From the IMG/VR virus record IMGVR_UViG_3300024991_000250: a stretch of DNA of 64,000 nucleotides. The stretch is one strand, 5' to 3'. This DNA comes from a virus. This document shows, piece after piece, positions 20,719 to 29,138 of the stretch (position 1 is the stretch's first letter; every line of letters starts with the position of its first letter). The notes beneath the pieces are model-generated. The model worked only from the letters and a program-made list of their open reading frames with translations. It did no database searches and was not told where the DNA came from. A program made the position numbers and the translations under genes.

Positions 20719-22563
20719 TCAGTACCCCGGGTCGTCCGGGTCGCGCTGCGGCGGGGTGTTGGCGTAGCCGGTGCCGGCCAGGCCTTCTTTCAGCTTGATG
20801 TCGGTGTAATAGTAGAAATTGGAACGCTTCTTCTGGAAGCCCAGATCGTTGAGCCGGTCGCCAAAGCTGCGATTGCTGGCCGGCTTGAGCTGGTTGACCT
20901 CGCACCAGCGCAGATAAGCCTTGTAGAGATCGCCGGCCTGCACCTTCATATTGAGCGCAGGATCGACCTTCTCGATGCCGACATCGGCAAACACACCGAC
21001 ATTGTCGCGCTCCTCCCGGTGCTCCTGGGCGAACTGCTTGGCCTCGGACGGCGTATAGTAGTTCAGCCCGTTGCTGAGATACATCACGGCGCCCTCGAGC
21101 AGCCAGTTGAGCACCCCTGCCCGCTCCGCATCGAGCCGCGCCGCCAATTCTGCCGGGTCCATCCGCTCCTCGGTCGGGATATAGACGCCCCAGAGCACGA
21201 ACAGGAAGCGCCGCCAGATGCCTTCATCCTGCCCCGTGATCGCCGGCTTGTTATTGCCGGAGAGCATCGGGGTAAACTTTGGCATGAACTCGAAGAAGTC
21301 CTTGTTGAGGAAACGTGCAAGGATCTTGGTGCCGCCGGTCAGCGCCTTGATCAGCTCCTCCTTGAGCGGCGTGTTTTTCGGCAGCTCTTCGATGGTCACC
21401 AGGCGCGCATTGTGCAGGCGCGCAATGTCGGGATTGGCCTGCTGGCCAGCGCGCTGCCCGTCGCCGGTGATCGATTCCGGCGAGGCGATCTGCCGGTAGC
21501 TGCCGCCGAGGCGGCCGATCAGCTCGAAAAAGGCCGACTTGCCGTTCGCACCCTTGCCATAGTGATAAAACATGACCTGCGCCGCATTGCCGCCGAACAG
21601 CAGCGCCACCGCCGTCGACACCTGAATGAAGGTGCGCCAGTGCTGTTCCGGCTGCACCTTGGCGAGAAAGGTGTCGTGGAAGAATGGCGCCTTGGCGCCC
21701 GGGTCATAGGACACATCGGCCATCTTGGTGATGAGATCGTCGCGATCATGCGGCTCGAAACTATAGCCCCCGATCATGCGCGTGCCGCCCTCCGGCTGGT
21801 CCGGGTCGAGTTCCTTCCAGAAGCGGATCGTGCCGTTCGCGACATTGAACTTCATGTCGTCGGCATCGAGCCGGTCGATCGGCAGGGATTTGAGCGATTG
21901 CGCCTGCTCCAGCATCGCCTTGGTGCGGCCGGCATTGCCCGAGGTTACCGCCCAGGCGATCCGCGACGAGCGGCGCTTGCCCAGGGCCGCCATGACTTCG
22001 GTCGCGGTCTTGATGATCCGCTCCTCGGCCGCGCTGAGATCGTCCTTCTTGCGCAACAGCTCGTCGGCGCGGGCGCAGATCTTCTTCTGCTTTTCGCTGG
22101 CCTCCAGCTCGACGGCCTCGAGCTTGATCTTGTCGACGATCATCTGCGCCAAAAGCCGCACATCGAGGTCTGCCTCGTCCCGCTGCCAATGGGTGCCGCG
22201 CCAATAGAGCCAGCCGAGGCCGGTCACATAGCGCAGGTTTTCGCCGAACCAGGCTACCAGGCGCCGGCCATTGTCGCGATCGTTCTGGTCCAGCCCGGCG
22301 CACCAGCGCGACACGATGCGAGACGCTTCGTCCAGCCCGTCATTGCTGCCGAAATCGTCGGCATCCATGAAATCGGCATCGCTCGGACCAGGGTCGTCGG
22401 CATCAGCCGGCGGCGGACCTTCTTTGGCCTTGGCCTTACGCGCCGGCTTATCGGCCGATGCCGCGCCCTTGCCACCCTCGATAACACCGAGTTTGACAGT
22501 GCGTTTCTTGGCAGCCGCCTTCTTGACGGCATCGGACTTGTCGTCTTCGGTATCGTCAGACAT
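20719..22563 (-). CDS. P4/D5-family SF3 helicase (primase-associated ATPase, 614 aa)
   Basis: D5_N motif NDRDNGRRL, Walker A YGKGANGKS, IKALTGG, NNKP, DEGIWRR, C-terminal winged helix. Confidence 0.93.
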   Translation of the reverse strand: MSDDTEDDKSDAVKKAAAKKRTVKLGVIEGGKGAASADKPARKAKAKEGPPPADADDPGPSDADFMDADDFGSNDGLDEASRIVSRWCAGLDQNDRDNGRRLVAWFGENLRYVTGLGWLYWRGTHWQRDEADLDVRLLAQMIVDKIKLEAVELEASEKQKKICARADELLRKKDDLSAAEERIIKTATEVMAALGKRRSSRIAWAVTSGNAGRTKAMLEQAQSLKSLPIDRLDADDMKFNVANGTIRFWKELDPDQPEGGTRMIGGYSFEPHDRDDLITKMADVSYDPGAKAPFFHDTFLAKVQPEQHWRTFIQVSTAVALLFGGNAAQVMFYHYGKGANGKSAFFELIGRLGGSYRQIASPESITGDGQRAGQQANPDIARLHNARLVTIEELPKNTPLKEELIKALTGGTKILARFLNKDFFEFMPKFTPMLSGNNKPAITGQDEGIWRRFLFVLWGVYIPTEERMDPAELAARLDAERAGVLNWLLEGAVMYLSNGLNYYTPSEAKQFAQEHREERDNVGVFADVGIEKVDPALNMKVQAGDLYKAYLRWCEVNQLKPASNRSFGDRLNDLGFQKKRSNFYYYTDIKLKEGLAGTGYANTPPQRDPDDPGY

Positions 22564-23320
22564 GGAGGCTACATTGCATTGGCGTGAACACTGGAAGGCT
22601 ATCGCAATCTTTGCCGCTTTTACTTGGTTGATCGCCTATATCGTGGTGTGGGTTCACCGATCTAGTTGCGACAGCTTGCAGCAAGCCGCATGTGCAGCCC
22701 GAGCCCTGATGACGGCGGGCGCAGACGTGGTCACCTTTCAATGGGTGTGGGACAATCAGACCCTGGCGGCGGGCATGTTCACTTCCGGGGCCGCAGGGAT
22801 CGCCCTCGTGGTGCTCTTCATTCAGCGCCAGTGGCAAATCGATAGCGAAAAGAAAGCCAAATACGCAGAAGCTCTCAATGCTCTGAATTGGACCAAGATC
22901 CTGCTGCGCTCGATTGCAGATACCGCGGGGCGAAAGGAACGGCAGGCGACAATCGGCGAAATCGACAAGCTTGATGACCATCTGGTCGCACTTGCGACTG
23001 TATCTCCCATGCTCGCAGAGACCGTTAGGGATATGATCCAACGCCTCAAAGCTTACGCAAAAAATCGCGAAGACAGCTTTGCCCTTCCATCTCTCGACGA
23101 CGATTTTGGCTTTGAAGTCGACGGCCTGGAATGGGCATTCGTGATGGCCACCTGTTTCACAGCATTTTTCCGCGAACCGGAAAGACTGCTCGATAGCGAT
23201 GCCAACTTCATATTCAAGCGACAGAAATTCGCGGCAGTAGCTGGCGATCTCACCAACTACCCCAATCTCGCCTTTTGGGAATGGAGGCATGTGCGCGACT
23301 TTTTCGAAATCTGACCTCAC
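22556..23320 (-). CDS. Bridge ORF D (254 aa), antisense to a nested membrane-protein gene
   Basis: GTG overlaps the primase TGA (GTGA); its TGA overlaps the helicase start (ATGTCTGA); the peptide itself is not recognisable. Confidence 0.45.
   Translation of the reverse strand: MRSDFEKVAHMPPFPKGEIGVVGEIASYCREFLSLEYEVGIAIEQSFRFAEKCCETGGHHECPFQAVDFKAKIVVERWKGKAVFAIFCVSFEALDHIPNGLCEHGRYSRKCDQMVIKLVDFADCRLPFLSPRGICNRAQQDLGPIQSIESFCVFGFLFAIDLPLALNEEHHEGDPCGPGSEHARRQGLIVPHPLKGDHVCARRHQGSGCTCGLLQAVATRSVNPHHDIGDQPSKSGKDCDSLPVFTPMQCSLHV
22574..23314 (+). CDS. Nested antisense membrane protein D (two TM segments, ~246 aa)
   Basis: GGAGG 5 nt before TTG 22574 (alternative ATG 22562); hydrophobic segments AIAIFAAFTWLIAYIVVWV and LAAGMFTSGAAGIALVVLFI; AT-richer than flanks. 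Confidence 0.75.
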   Translation: MHWREHWKAIAIFAAFTWLIAYIVVWVHRSSCDSLQQAACAARALMTAGADVVTFQWVWDNQTLAAGMFTSGAAGIALVVLFIQRQWQIDSEKKAKYAEALNALNWTKILLRSIADTAGRKERQATIGEIDKLDDHLVALATVSPMLAETVRDMIQRLKAYAKNREDSFALPSLDDDFGFEVDGLEWAFVMATCFTAFFREPERLLDSDANFIFKRQKFAAVAGDLTNYPNLAFWEWRHVRDFFEI

Positions 23321-24495
23321 AAAATCACCCGTACCAAATCATTGAGGTCTTTGCCGTCGCCAATCGGCTCGACGAATGAGCAGTCCAGCACCGACAGCGC
23401 CGGGTTCTCCTGCAGGCGGCGTTCACGCCAGGCCTGGGCGCGCAGCAGGCCGCGCGTCACCTTTTCCACAGTGCGCTTGTCCGGCTCGTCGCTGTCGCAG
23501 AGATAGACCAGCTCTTCGGCCCAGTCGGGCGGCAAGAAACAGTCCCAATCCGTGAGGTCCGGCAGGCCATGCTGCTGGCGCCCTTCGGCATCGCGGGCGG
23601 CCTTGCCGGCCATATTGCCGAGATCGACCCCGGCCCAATAGGCCGTATCAGCCTCGAAATTGTGGGCCAGCGCGGTCAGCGTGGTTTCGATGCCTTCACC
23701 CATGACGATGCGGCGCGGTCGATCCGGGGTGTAGAGCCTGATCGCTCCGCCCTTCTTGGCCCCGCGCACCTTCTTGGAGGGAATGGCTTTGCCGGTGTCG
23801 GTGTTGTTGCCCGGCACGGCCTTGCCTTTCGGCTGGTCGAGGTCGAGCCAGGTAGCATGGCTGGCGCCGAACCTGTCGTCAGGCTGCTGCACCGCGGCGA
23901 TCATGGCCGGGCCGGTCCATGCCGTTTGCCAGGCCCCGCCCATATGCTCGACCAGCTTCAAATGCGGATGCTCCCAGAGCTTGATCGCATCGATCGGCAC
24001 ATGCCGGCCGATCAGGTCAAAGCCGATGCCGCGCAAGGCGAGATAGCGGCCGAGAGTGTCGCGGCCATGATTGGCCCGGGCCTCGGAGAATATCCGCCAG
24101 CCATCCCGTCGCGCCTCTTCCCGGTAGCGTGCCGCCTCGTCGGCCCGGCGCTGCTCATCCCTGGCATTCTGTTCGGCAATCTGCCGCGCCCGGTCAGGAT
24201 CGAGCGGAGCCGAGGCCTTGCGGCCGGTGACGATCTCGCAGGCCTCGACGAAGCCGACGCTTTCCGTCGCCTCGACCAGCTTGATCACGCCCGACCCGCT
24301 GATGCCGCAACCCCGGCACAAAAAGGTGTTCTTCTTGGTGTGGATGGCAAAGCGATCGGTGCCACCACAGACCGGGCAGGGTCCGGCCCGGTCGATCCCC
24401 GGCGCCAGCTTCCAGCGTCTGCGGATCGCCCAGCTTTCACAGCTGGTCTGCATGGCGTCGTCGCGCAGCGCGATCAGTTCGGGCGATAGGGTCAT
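23317..24495 (-). CDS. Primase: zinc-binding domain plus TOPRIM
   Basis: GPCPVCGGTDRF...CRGC zinc finger; MGEGIET; YLCDSD. Confidence 0.88.
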   Translation of the reverse strand: MTLSPELIALRDDAMQTSCESWAIRRRWKLAPGIDRAGPCPVCGGTDRFAIHTKKNTFLCRGCGISGSGVIKLVEATESVGFVEACEIVTGRKASAPLDPDRARQIAEQNARDEQRRADEAARYREEARRDGWRIFSEARANHGRDTLGRYLALRGIGFDLIGRHVPIDAIKLWEHPHLKLVEHMGGAWQTAWTGPAMIAAVQQPDDRFGASHATWLDLDQPKGKAVPGNNTDTGKAIPSKKVRGAKKGGAIRLYTPDRPRRIVMGEGIETTLTALAHNFEADTAYWAGVDLGNMAGKAARDAEGRQQHGLPDLTDWDCFLPPDWAEELVYLCDSDEPDKRTVEKVTRGLLRAQAWRERRLQENPALSVLDCSFVEPIGDGKDLNDLVRVIL

Positions 24496-24674
24496 CACCG
24501 CCCTCCCCACTTCGACAGACCGGCCATGGCCGCCTTGATATCGGCCATGCAGGCAGAGGCGCCGCGCCCTTCCTCATAGTCGCGGATGATCTTTGCCACG
24601 GCGGCCAGTGCGCGCTTGCGCGATGCCCCCCGGCGCCCGGCCCGCTCCGCCTCGATGCGACCGATATCGCTCAC
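24495..24674 (-). CDS. Hypothetical protein (59 aa, MSDIGRIEAERAG...)
   Basis: GTGA and TGATG overlaps with its neighbours. Confidence 0.55.
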   Translation of the reverse strand: MSDIGRIEAERAGRRGASRKRALAAVAKIIRDYEEGRGASACMADIKAAMAGLSKWGGR

Positions 24675-24889
24675 AAGACTGCCCTCACCTTGGGCTTTGG
24701 CCTGGCCTTGCCCAGCATCCGCTGCAGCGTGCGGCGGTGAATGCCGAGGCGGCGAGCCGTGGCGGAAATGCAGCCGCCTTCGGCCGCCAACGCGGCGCGG
24801 ACATAGTGAAACGCCACTTCATTGGGCGAGAGGTCGAGCAGGTCGATGGCCTGCTGCAGGGCAGCGTGATGGGCATGGGAGACTGTCAC
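24671..24889 (-). CDS. Standalone RegA/PrrA/ActR-like Fis-type HTH protein (72 aa)
   Basis: ISATARRLGIHRRTLQRMLGK matches the RegA-type HTH (SETARRLNMHRRTLQRIL). Confidence 0.75.
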   Translation of the reverse strand: MTVSHAHHAALQQAIDLLDLSPNEVAFHYVRAALAAEGGCISATARRLGIHRRTLQRMLGKARPKPKVRAVL

Positions 24890-25077
24890 GCCGCCACCCC
24901 GCTTCGGCGCGTGGCCAGGTCTAGTTCGTCGGCCGCCACGATATGACCCCGCGCCTTCAAGAAGCCGATCGCATCCTCATAGGCCTCGACCAGCCCATCA
25001 AGCCGCGCCGCCTCGATGCGCGCATCGATCTCGCTGCGCACCGACATGCCGGGAATGGTTTTCATGGGCAGTCTCAT
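24886..25077 (-). CDS. Hypothetical protein (63 aa)
   Basis: ATGA/GTGA coupled at both ends. Confidence 0.55.
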   Translation of the reverse strand: MRLPMKTIPGMSVRSEIDARIEAARLDGLVEAYEDAIGFLKARGHIVAADELDLATRRSGVAA

Positions 25078-25385
25078 CGCTTGCACCACTCTGTGGCGTC
25101 GAACTCGACATAAAGCTCGGCAAACTCACCATCGGGATCATCCTGGACGATGTGAAAGCCGAACCATGGGCAGCCATTTTCGGCATGGTCGAGTGCGTCA
25201 GGGATATTGTCATCCTCGAAACACTCGCAGCCATCACGCATGTGCAAACGATAGGCGTTGAGATAGAAGCCCTCGACCTCGACGACTGCACTTTCACCTA
25301 GGCTCGTGCCACGCATTAGCACCGCCAGCTTCGTGCCTTCTGCGATCTGCGGCTTCTCGCCCGCATGCTTCCATGGCCCGGTCAT
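25074..25385 (-). CDS. Hypothetical protein (103 aa, MTGPWKH...)
   Basis: ATGA coupled at both ends; acidic, Cys/His-containing. Confidence 0.55.
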   Translation of the reverse strand: MTGPWKHAGEKPQIAEGTKLAVLMRGTSLGESAVVEVEGFYLNAYRLHMRDGCECFEDDNIPDALDHAENGCPWFGFHIVQDDPDGEFAELYVEFDATEWCKR

Positions 25386-28021
25386 GCCACTTCTCCCTTC
25401 TCTTCCTGATGTTCGATTTCCATCACGCCGAACAAATCCGGCATGGCCAGCTCGTCTTCCATGGCCTTCACATAGGCGCAGCCATCCACGAAATAGCCGG
25501 GGTTGAGCTCGACGGCCCGGCCGCGCCGCTTCAGTTTCAGCGCGCGATAGGGCACGCTCATGAGCCCCCCGAACGGATCGAAAACTGTCTCGCCCGGCTC
25601 GGAATATTGCGCGATGCAGCGGTCGATGATGTCGAACTGCAGCGGGCAGAGATGCATTTCGCGGCCAGCCTGGGCCTGCAGCGTGTTCATCGACAGCATG
25701 CGGGCCACGTCGGACCACACATCGTCATGCTTGGAATGGGGCGGCAGCAGCATGAAGGTCGAGGGCAGCGAACCGTGCTGCTCGAGCTCTTCGGCAATGG
25801 TCACATGATGTTCGAAGTCATAGACCGCGTTGAGCTGGTAGGCCTTCCAGAGCTTGTAGATGACATTGGCATCGAGGCTGCGCAGCTCGTCGCCGGTCAG
25901 CAGGCGATTGCCCGACACCGGCATATAGCCATGGGCATCGAGCTGCCAGCGTGCGCGGCTATAGCCGTCATTATCGGTCCAGTGCCCTGCCTTCCATTCG
26001 CGCTTGCCCTTGGCCACCGGCTTGTCGGCATAGCCATTGGAATTGTCGGTCGGGGGCTTGCGGAAGATCAGCAGATATTCGGGCAGGCCATTGCCCATGC
26101 GGCTGCCATCCTTGCACTGCTCTGTCCAGCCCAACCGATAGGTCTGGTTGTTCTCCCGCACCACGTCGGTGGTGATGGTCTTGCGACTGAGGAAGGCAAA
26201 GCCATGCTTGGTGAAGGCGCGGATGCAGTCGTCGGAGAAAGGATAGACCGATTGAAAGCCCAGCCCGGTCATGCCACCCGGCACGATGCGATCTTTCACA
26301 TGGATGGCCGCCACCCGCCCCGGCGCCAGCACCCGCAGCAGCTGCGGGATCAGGTAATCCATCTGGGCCCAGAAGTGGCCATTGTCGTCGGTATGGCCGA
26401 AATCGGCATAGTTGGGGCTATATTCGTACTGGGTCGAGAACGGGATCGAGGTGACGATCAGATCGACCGCGTTTTCCGCCATGCCGGCGCATTCGGGCAC
26501 GCAGTCGTTGTTGACCAGCACATAGCTATCCCCGCGAACCTCCACCCGCTCCACGCCCATCGCCCTGGTCAGGCTCTGCGCCATGGCCGCCGAGGTCAGC
26601 CCATATTCCTTGATGATTGAGGTCATGATCGCCACCTGCTCGTTATGGCGGCGCCATTTCGCTTCCAGGCTGTCGCGCACGGGACGTTCGGCCTCGGTAT
26701 AGATGAGGTCGACGCGCACGGTTTGCGTCTGCAGGAATCGGTAGCACCGATGAATGGCTTGGATCAGGTCGTTAAATTTGAACCCGATCCCGAGAAAGAT
26801 TTCCCAGGCGCAATGCCGTTGGAAATTGCTGCCAGAGCCGAGCATGCTGGGCTTGCCGGCCAGCTCGGCCCGGCGCCCATCGGCAAAGTCGGCCAACAGG
26901 GTTTCGCGGGCGTCGAGGTCCTGGCTGCCATAGACCGTGGCAATGCCGGGAATGGCCGCCTCGATGGCGTGCCGCTCCGCCTCGAGATCATGCCAGATGA
27001 TCCGGTGCGCCTTCGGGTCGATGGCGCGCAACTCCAGCATCTTGGCGATGCGGATGGAAAGGCTGTCGCGCTTTTCGCGTGCCGCATCGCTGAGGCTGGC
27101 CGCCGCATTGCGCAAGAGGCGCCCCTGCCCGCTTTTCTCCACCCCGGCCGATGCATGATCGGCCGGCAATTCGTGCCAATGCACCTCGAGCGGCGGCAGG
27201 TCATAGCCTGCGTCGGAAAAACCGAGATCGCTGGGTTTCTGCACGAACAGGCCCCAGCTGGCCACCCACAGCCAGAACTCTTCCTGCTTGTGCGGGTGGA
27301 TGGTGAGGCTGTCGGCCTTCTCGCTATTGCGCTTGAAGAACCGCGTCTTGGCCTGGCCGACATCCATGACTTCGAGGAAGGCCGAATAGGCCAGGAGCTC
27401 GATATATTCGTTCGGGCTCGGCGTGGCCGTGGCGACGAATTTGAACCGCACCCCGTCGAACAGCCGCATGAATTCGCGGAAGGTCTTGGTCCCGCCAAAA
27501 CCGCGCAATACCGAAGCCTCGTCGAGGCTGGTGGCGGTAAAACCGCGCGGATCGAGCTTGCCGTCACGCACCGTCTCGTAATTGGCGATATAGAGCTGGC
27601 CATCGGCCGTGCCTTCGATGCCCCGGATAAAGCGCAGGTTGGGCACCCGCTCCGGCCGCCCATCCGCCCAGGCGCGCAATTCTGCCCGCTGCGCATCGCT
27701 CACCGCCGGGTGCTCGCCTGTCGCCAGCGCCCGCGCATCGGCCAAAAATTCGCGGCGCACACCCAAGGGCGCCACCACCAGGCCCTTGCCGCCAAAACGG
27801 GCGACGACAATGCGCAGGATTTCCAGCTGCACAAAGGTCTTGCCCAGCCCGAAGGCCGCGAACAGCGCCCGCCGCCCGCCCAGGCAGGCCCATTTGACCA
27901 TGGCCTTCTGGTGCGGGCTCAGCAGCGGATTGATCTCATCGTTCTCGACGATGAAACCCGAAACCGGCGCCCTGGCCACCTTGGCGGCAAGAAAATCTTC
28001 GTAGCGGAGGGGCATATTCAT
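25382..28021 (-). CDS. SNF2-like helicase fused to an amino (N4/N6) DNA methyltransferase (879 aa)
   Basis: GLGKT Walker A, LDEAS, TATPSPN, QAIHRCYRF helicase motifs; TSIPF (motif IV variant) and FDPFGG (motif I). Confidence 0.88.
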   Translation of the reverse strand: MNMPLRYEDFLAAKVARAPVSGFIVENDEINPLLSPHQKAMVKWACLGGRRALFAAFGLGKTFVQLEILRIVVARFGGKGLVVAPLGVRREFLADARALATGEHPAVSDAQRAELRAWADGRPERVPNLRFIRGIEGTADGQLYIANYETVRDGKLDPRGFTATSLDEASVLRGFGGTKTFREFMRLFDGVRFKFVATATPSPNEYIELLAYSAFLEVMDVGQAKTRFFKRNSEKADSLTIHPHKQEEFWLWVASWGLFVQKPSDLGFSDAGYDLPPLEVHWHELPADHASAGVEKSGQGRLLRNAAASLSDAAREKRDSLSIRIAKMLELRAIDPKAHRIIWHDLEAERHAIEAAIPGIATVYGSQDLDARETLLADFADGRRAELAGKPSMLGSGSNFQRHCAWEIFLGIGFKFNDLIQAIHRCYRFLQTQTVRVDLIYTEAERPVRDSLEAKWRRHNEQVAIMTSIIKEYGLTSAAMAQSLTRAMGVERVEVRGDSYVLVNNDCVPECAGMAENAVDLIVTSIPFSTQYEYSPNYADFGHTDDNGHFWAQMDYLIPQLLRVLAPGRVAAIHVKDRIVPGGMTGLGFQSVYPFSDDCIRAFTKHGFAFLSRKTITTDVVRENNQTYRLGWTEQCKDGSRMGNGLPEYLLIFRKPPTDNSNGYADKPVAKGKREWKAGHWTDNDGYSRARWQLDAHGYMPVSGNRLLTGDELRSLDANVIYKLWKAYQLNAVYDFEHHVTIAEELEQHGSLPSTFMLLPPHSKHDDVWSDVARMLSMNTLQAQAGREMHLCPLQFDIIDRCIAQYSEPGETVFDPFGGLMSVPYRALKLKRRGRAVELNPGYFVDGCAYVKAMEDELAMPDLFGVMEIEHQEEKGEVA

Positions 28022-28902
28022 GCTGCCGTCTCCATTGACGAAGACGCCGTATCGCAGCGAGTGTGTGCAATCAGCTGGGGGGTGCTGCTTTGAAGCCGAG
28101 GATTTTTGGCCTGCGAATAGAGCGCAGCGCTCTCTACCTTATGTTCTTCGCCTGCGGAATTCTTGGAGGCATAGCCATTATTGCTTTTGCTCCGGGCGCG
28201 CCTTGGAGCACGAACATTGAACCGACTGGCGCCACAACCGCCGAGGCTCTGGACCTGGCCACCCAACGCAGCATGGCTGCCTCTGCCTGGTGGATGGTCG
28301 TTGCAAGTGCCGCTGCGGCAGCCGTCGGACTGGCAACATTGGTGCTTGTCGCCAATACGCTCAATGAGGCCAGGCGAAGCGCAGACGCCGCAAGAGACGC
28401 GGTTAAGGCCACGCTCACCGTGGGCAAAAAACAAACCCGAGCCTATCTGGTGGTCGAGAATGCTAACCTGATCGCGACTGACCTCTTGCCTAGCCTCACA
28501 TTCACAGTCGATGTTCGAAATACAGGTCAGTCGCCCGCGCAAAAGGTGCGAGCCCGTGGGACGCTTAAGATAGTGAAAACCAGCACAAATGCCGAAGGCG
28601 AAGTCGCAGAAACGATAAGACTTTCGATGGAAGGCAGCATGCAAATGCCAGACATTTCGGCCGCACAATCTATGCCATTTTCCTTCGGCGAATTGTACCT
28701 CAACGACGATCCTGGTCTGCATGAGCGACTGGACGATATTTTTCTCACGGCGAAGGCAAACATCTGGATCGATTACGAAGATGTTTTTGGTGACGAAGAT
28801 ACCGTAGAAGTCCGGTTTTCCGGAGGCATCCGGACACCTGAACACACCCGCCAGGGCGTCAAACTCAAACCCGTTGTGTAGCTCTCCCTGTGCAGCACTC
28901 AT
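28018..28902 (-). CDS. Bridge ORF C (294 aa, MSAAQGEL...METAA), antisense to a nested membrane-protein gene
   Basis: ATGA overlaps at both ends; carries the GGAG SD of the methyltransferase. Confidence 0.45.
   Translation of the reverse strand: MSAAQGELHNGFEFDALAGVFRCPDASGKPDFYGIFVTKNIFVIDPDVCLRREKNIVQSLMQTRIVVEVQFAEGKWHRLCGRNVWHLHAAFHRKSYRFCDFAFGICAGFHYLKRPTGSHLLRGRLTCISNIDCECEARQEVSRDQVSILDHQIGSGLFFAHGERGLNRVSCGVCASPGLIERIGDKHQCCQSDGCRSGTCNDHPPGRGSHAALGGQVQSLGGCGASRFNVRAPRRARSKSNNGYASKNSAGEEHKVESAALYSQAKNPRLQSSTPQLIAHTRCDTASSSMETAA
28090..28881 (+). CDS. Nested antisense membrane protein C (~263 aa)
   Basis: GGGGG before TTG 28090 (alternative GTG 28063); two hydrophobic segments followed by an Ig-like 'RAYLVV...VRNTGQSPA' domain. 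Confidence 0.8.
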   Translation: MKPRIFGLRIERSALYLMFFACGILGGIAIIAFAPGAPWSTNIEPTGATTAEALDLATQRSMAASAWWMVVASAAAAAVGLATLVLVANTLNEARRSADAARDAVKATLTVGKKQTRAYLVVENANLIATDLLPSLTFTVDVRNTGQSPAQKVRARGTLKIVKTSTNAEGEVAETIRLSMEGSMQMPDISAAQSMPFSFGELYLNDDPGLHERLDDIFLTAKANIWIDYEDVFGDEDTVEVRFSGGIRTPEHTRQGVKLKPVV

Positions 28903-29138
28903 CGCCCCACCTCGATCGGCACGATCCTGCGATTGTGAAAATCCCTTCCGCCATCGGTGACGGTCACGAGCCGCTTGAACTGCTCGATGGCCCTTTCCAG
29001 CTGCTCGACCTGGCCCAGATCGTAATCGGCCAGCACCAGGCTGCCCTCGTTCTCGACCAGGAGGCGATGATCGCCGGAGGGGTCGAGCTGCGCGCGCGGA
29101 TGGATGGACGGCGAATGATATTGCGGGGCGCGTCTCAT
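28899..29138 (-). CDS. Hypothetical protein (79 aa)
   Basis: ATGA coupled at both ends. Confidence 0.6.
   Translation of the reverse strand: MRRAPQYHSPSIHPRAQLDPSGDHRLLVENEGSLVLADYDLGQVEQLERAIEQFKRLVTVTDGGRDFHNRRIVPIEVGR

Noticed and set aside
22271-22561. ORF-track N-terminal extensions (22271, 29184, 31553, 31803, 35507, 45115 and others)
   Set aside because: They overlap established genes; downstream starts with SD sequences or stop-start overlaps are better supported
28090-28093. Shadow ORF 26645-28093 ends in TTGA overlapping the nested gene C start
   Set aside because: Single instance; the shadow peptide looks non-coding, so it is treated as coincidence
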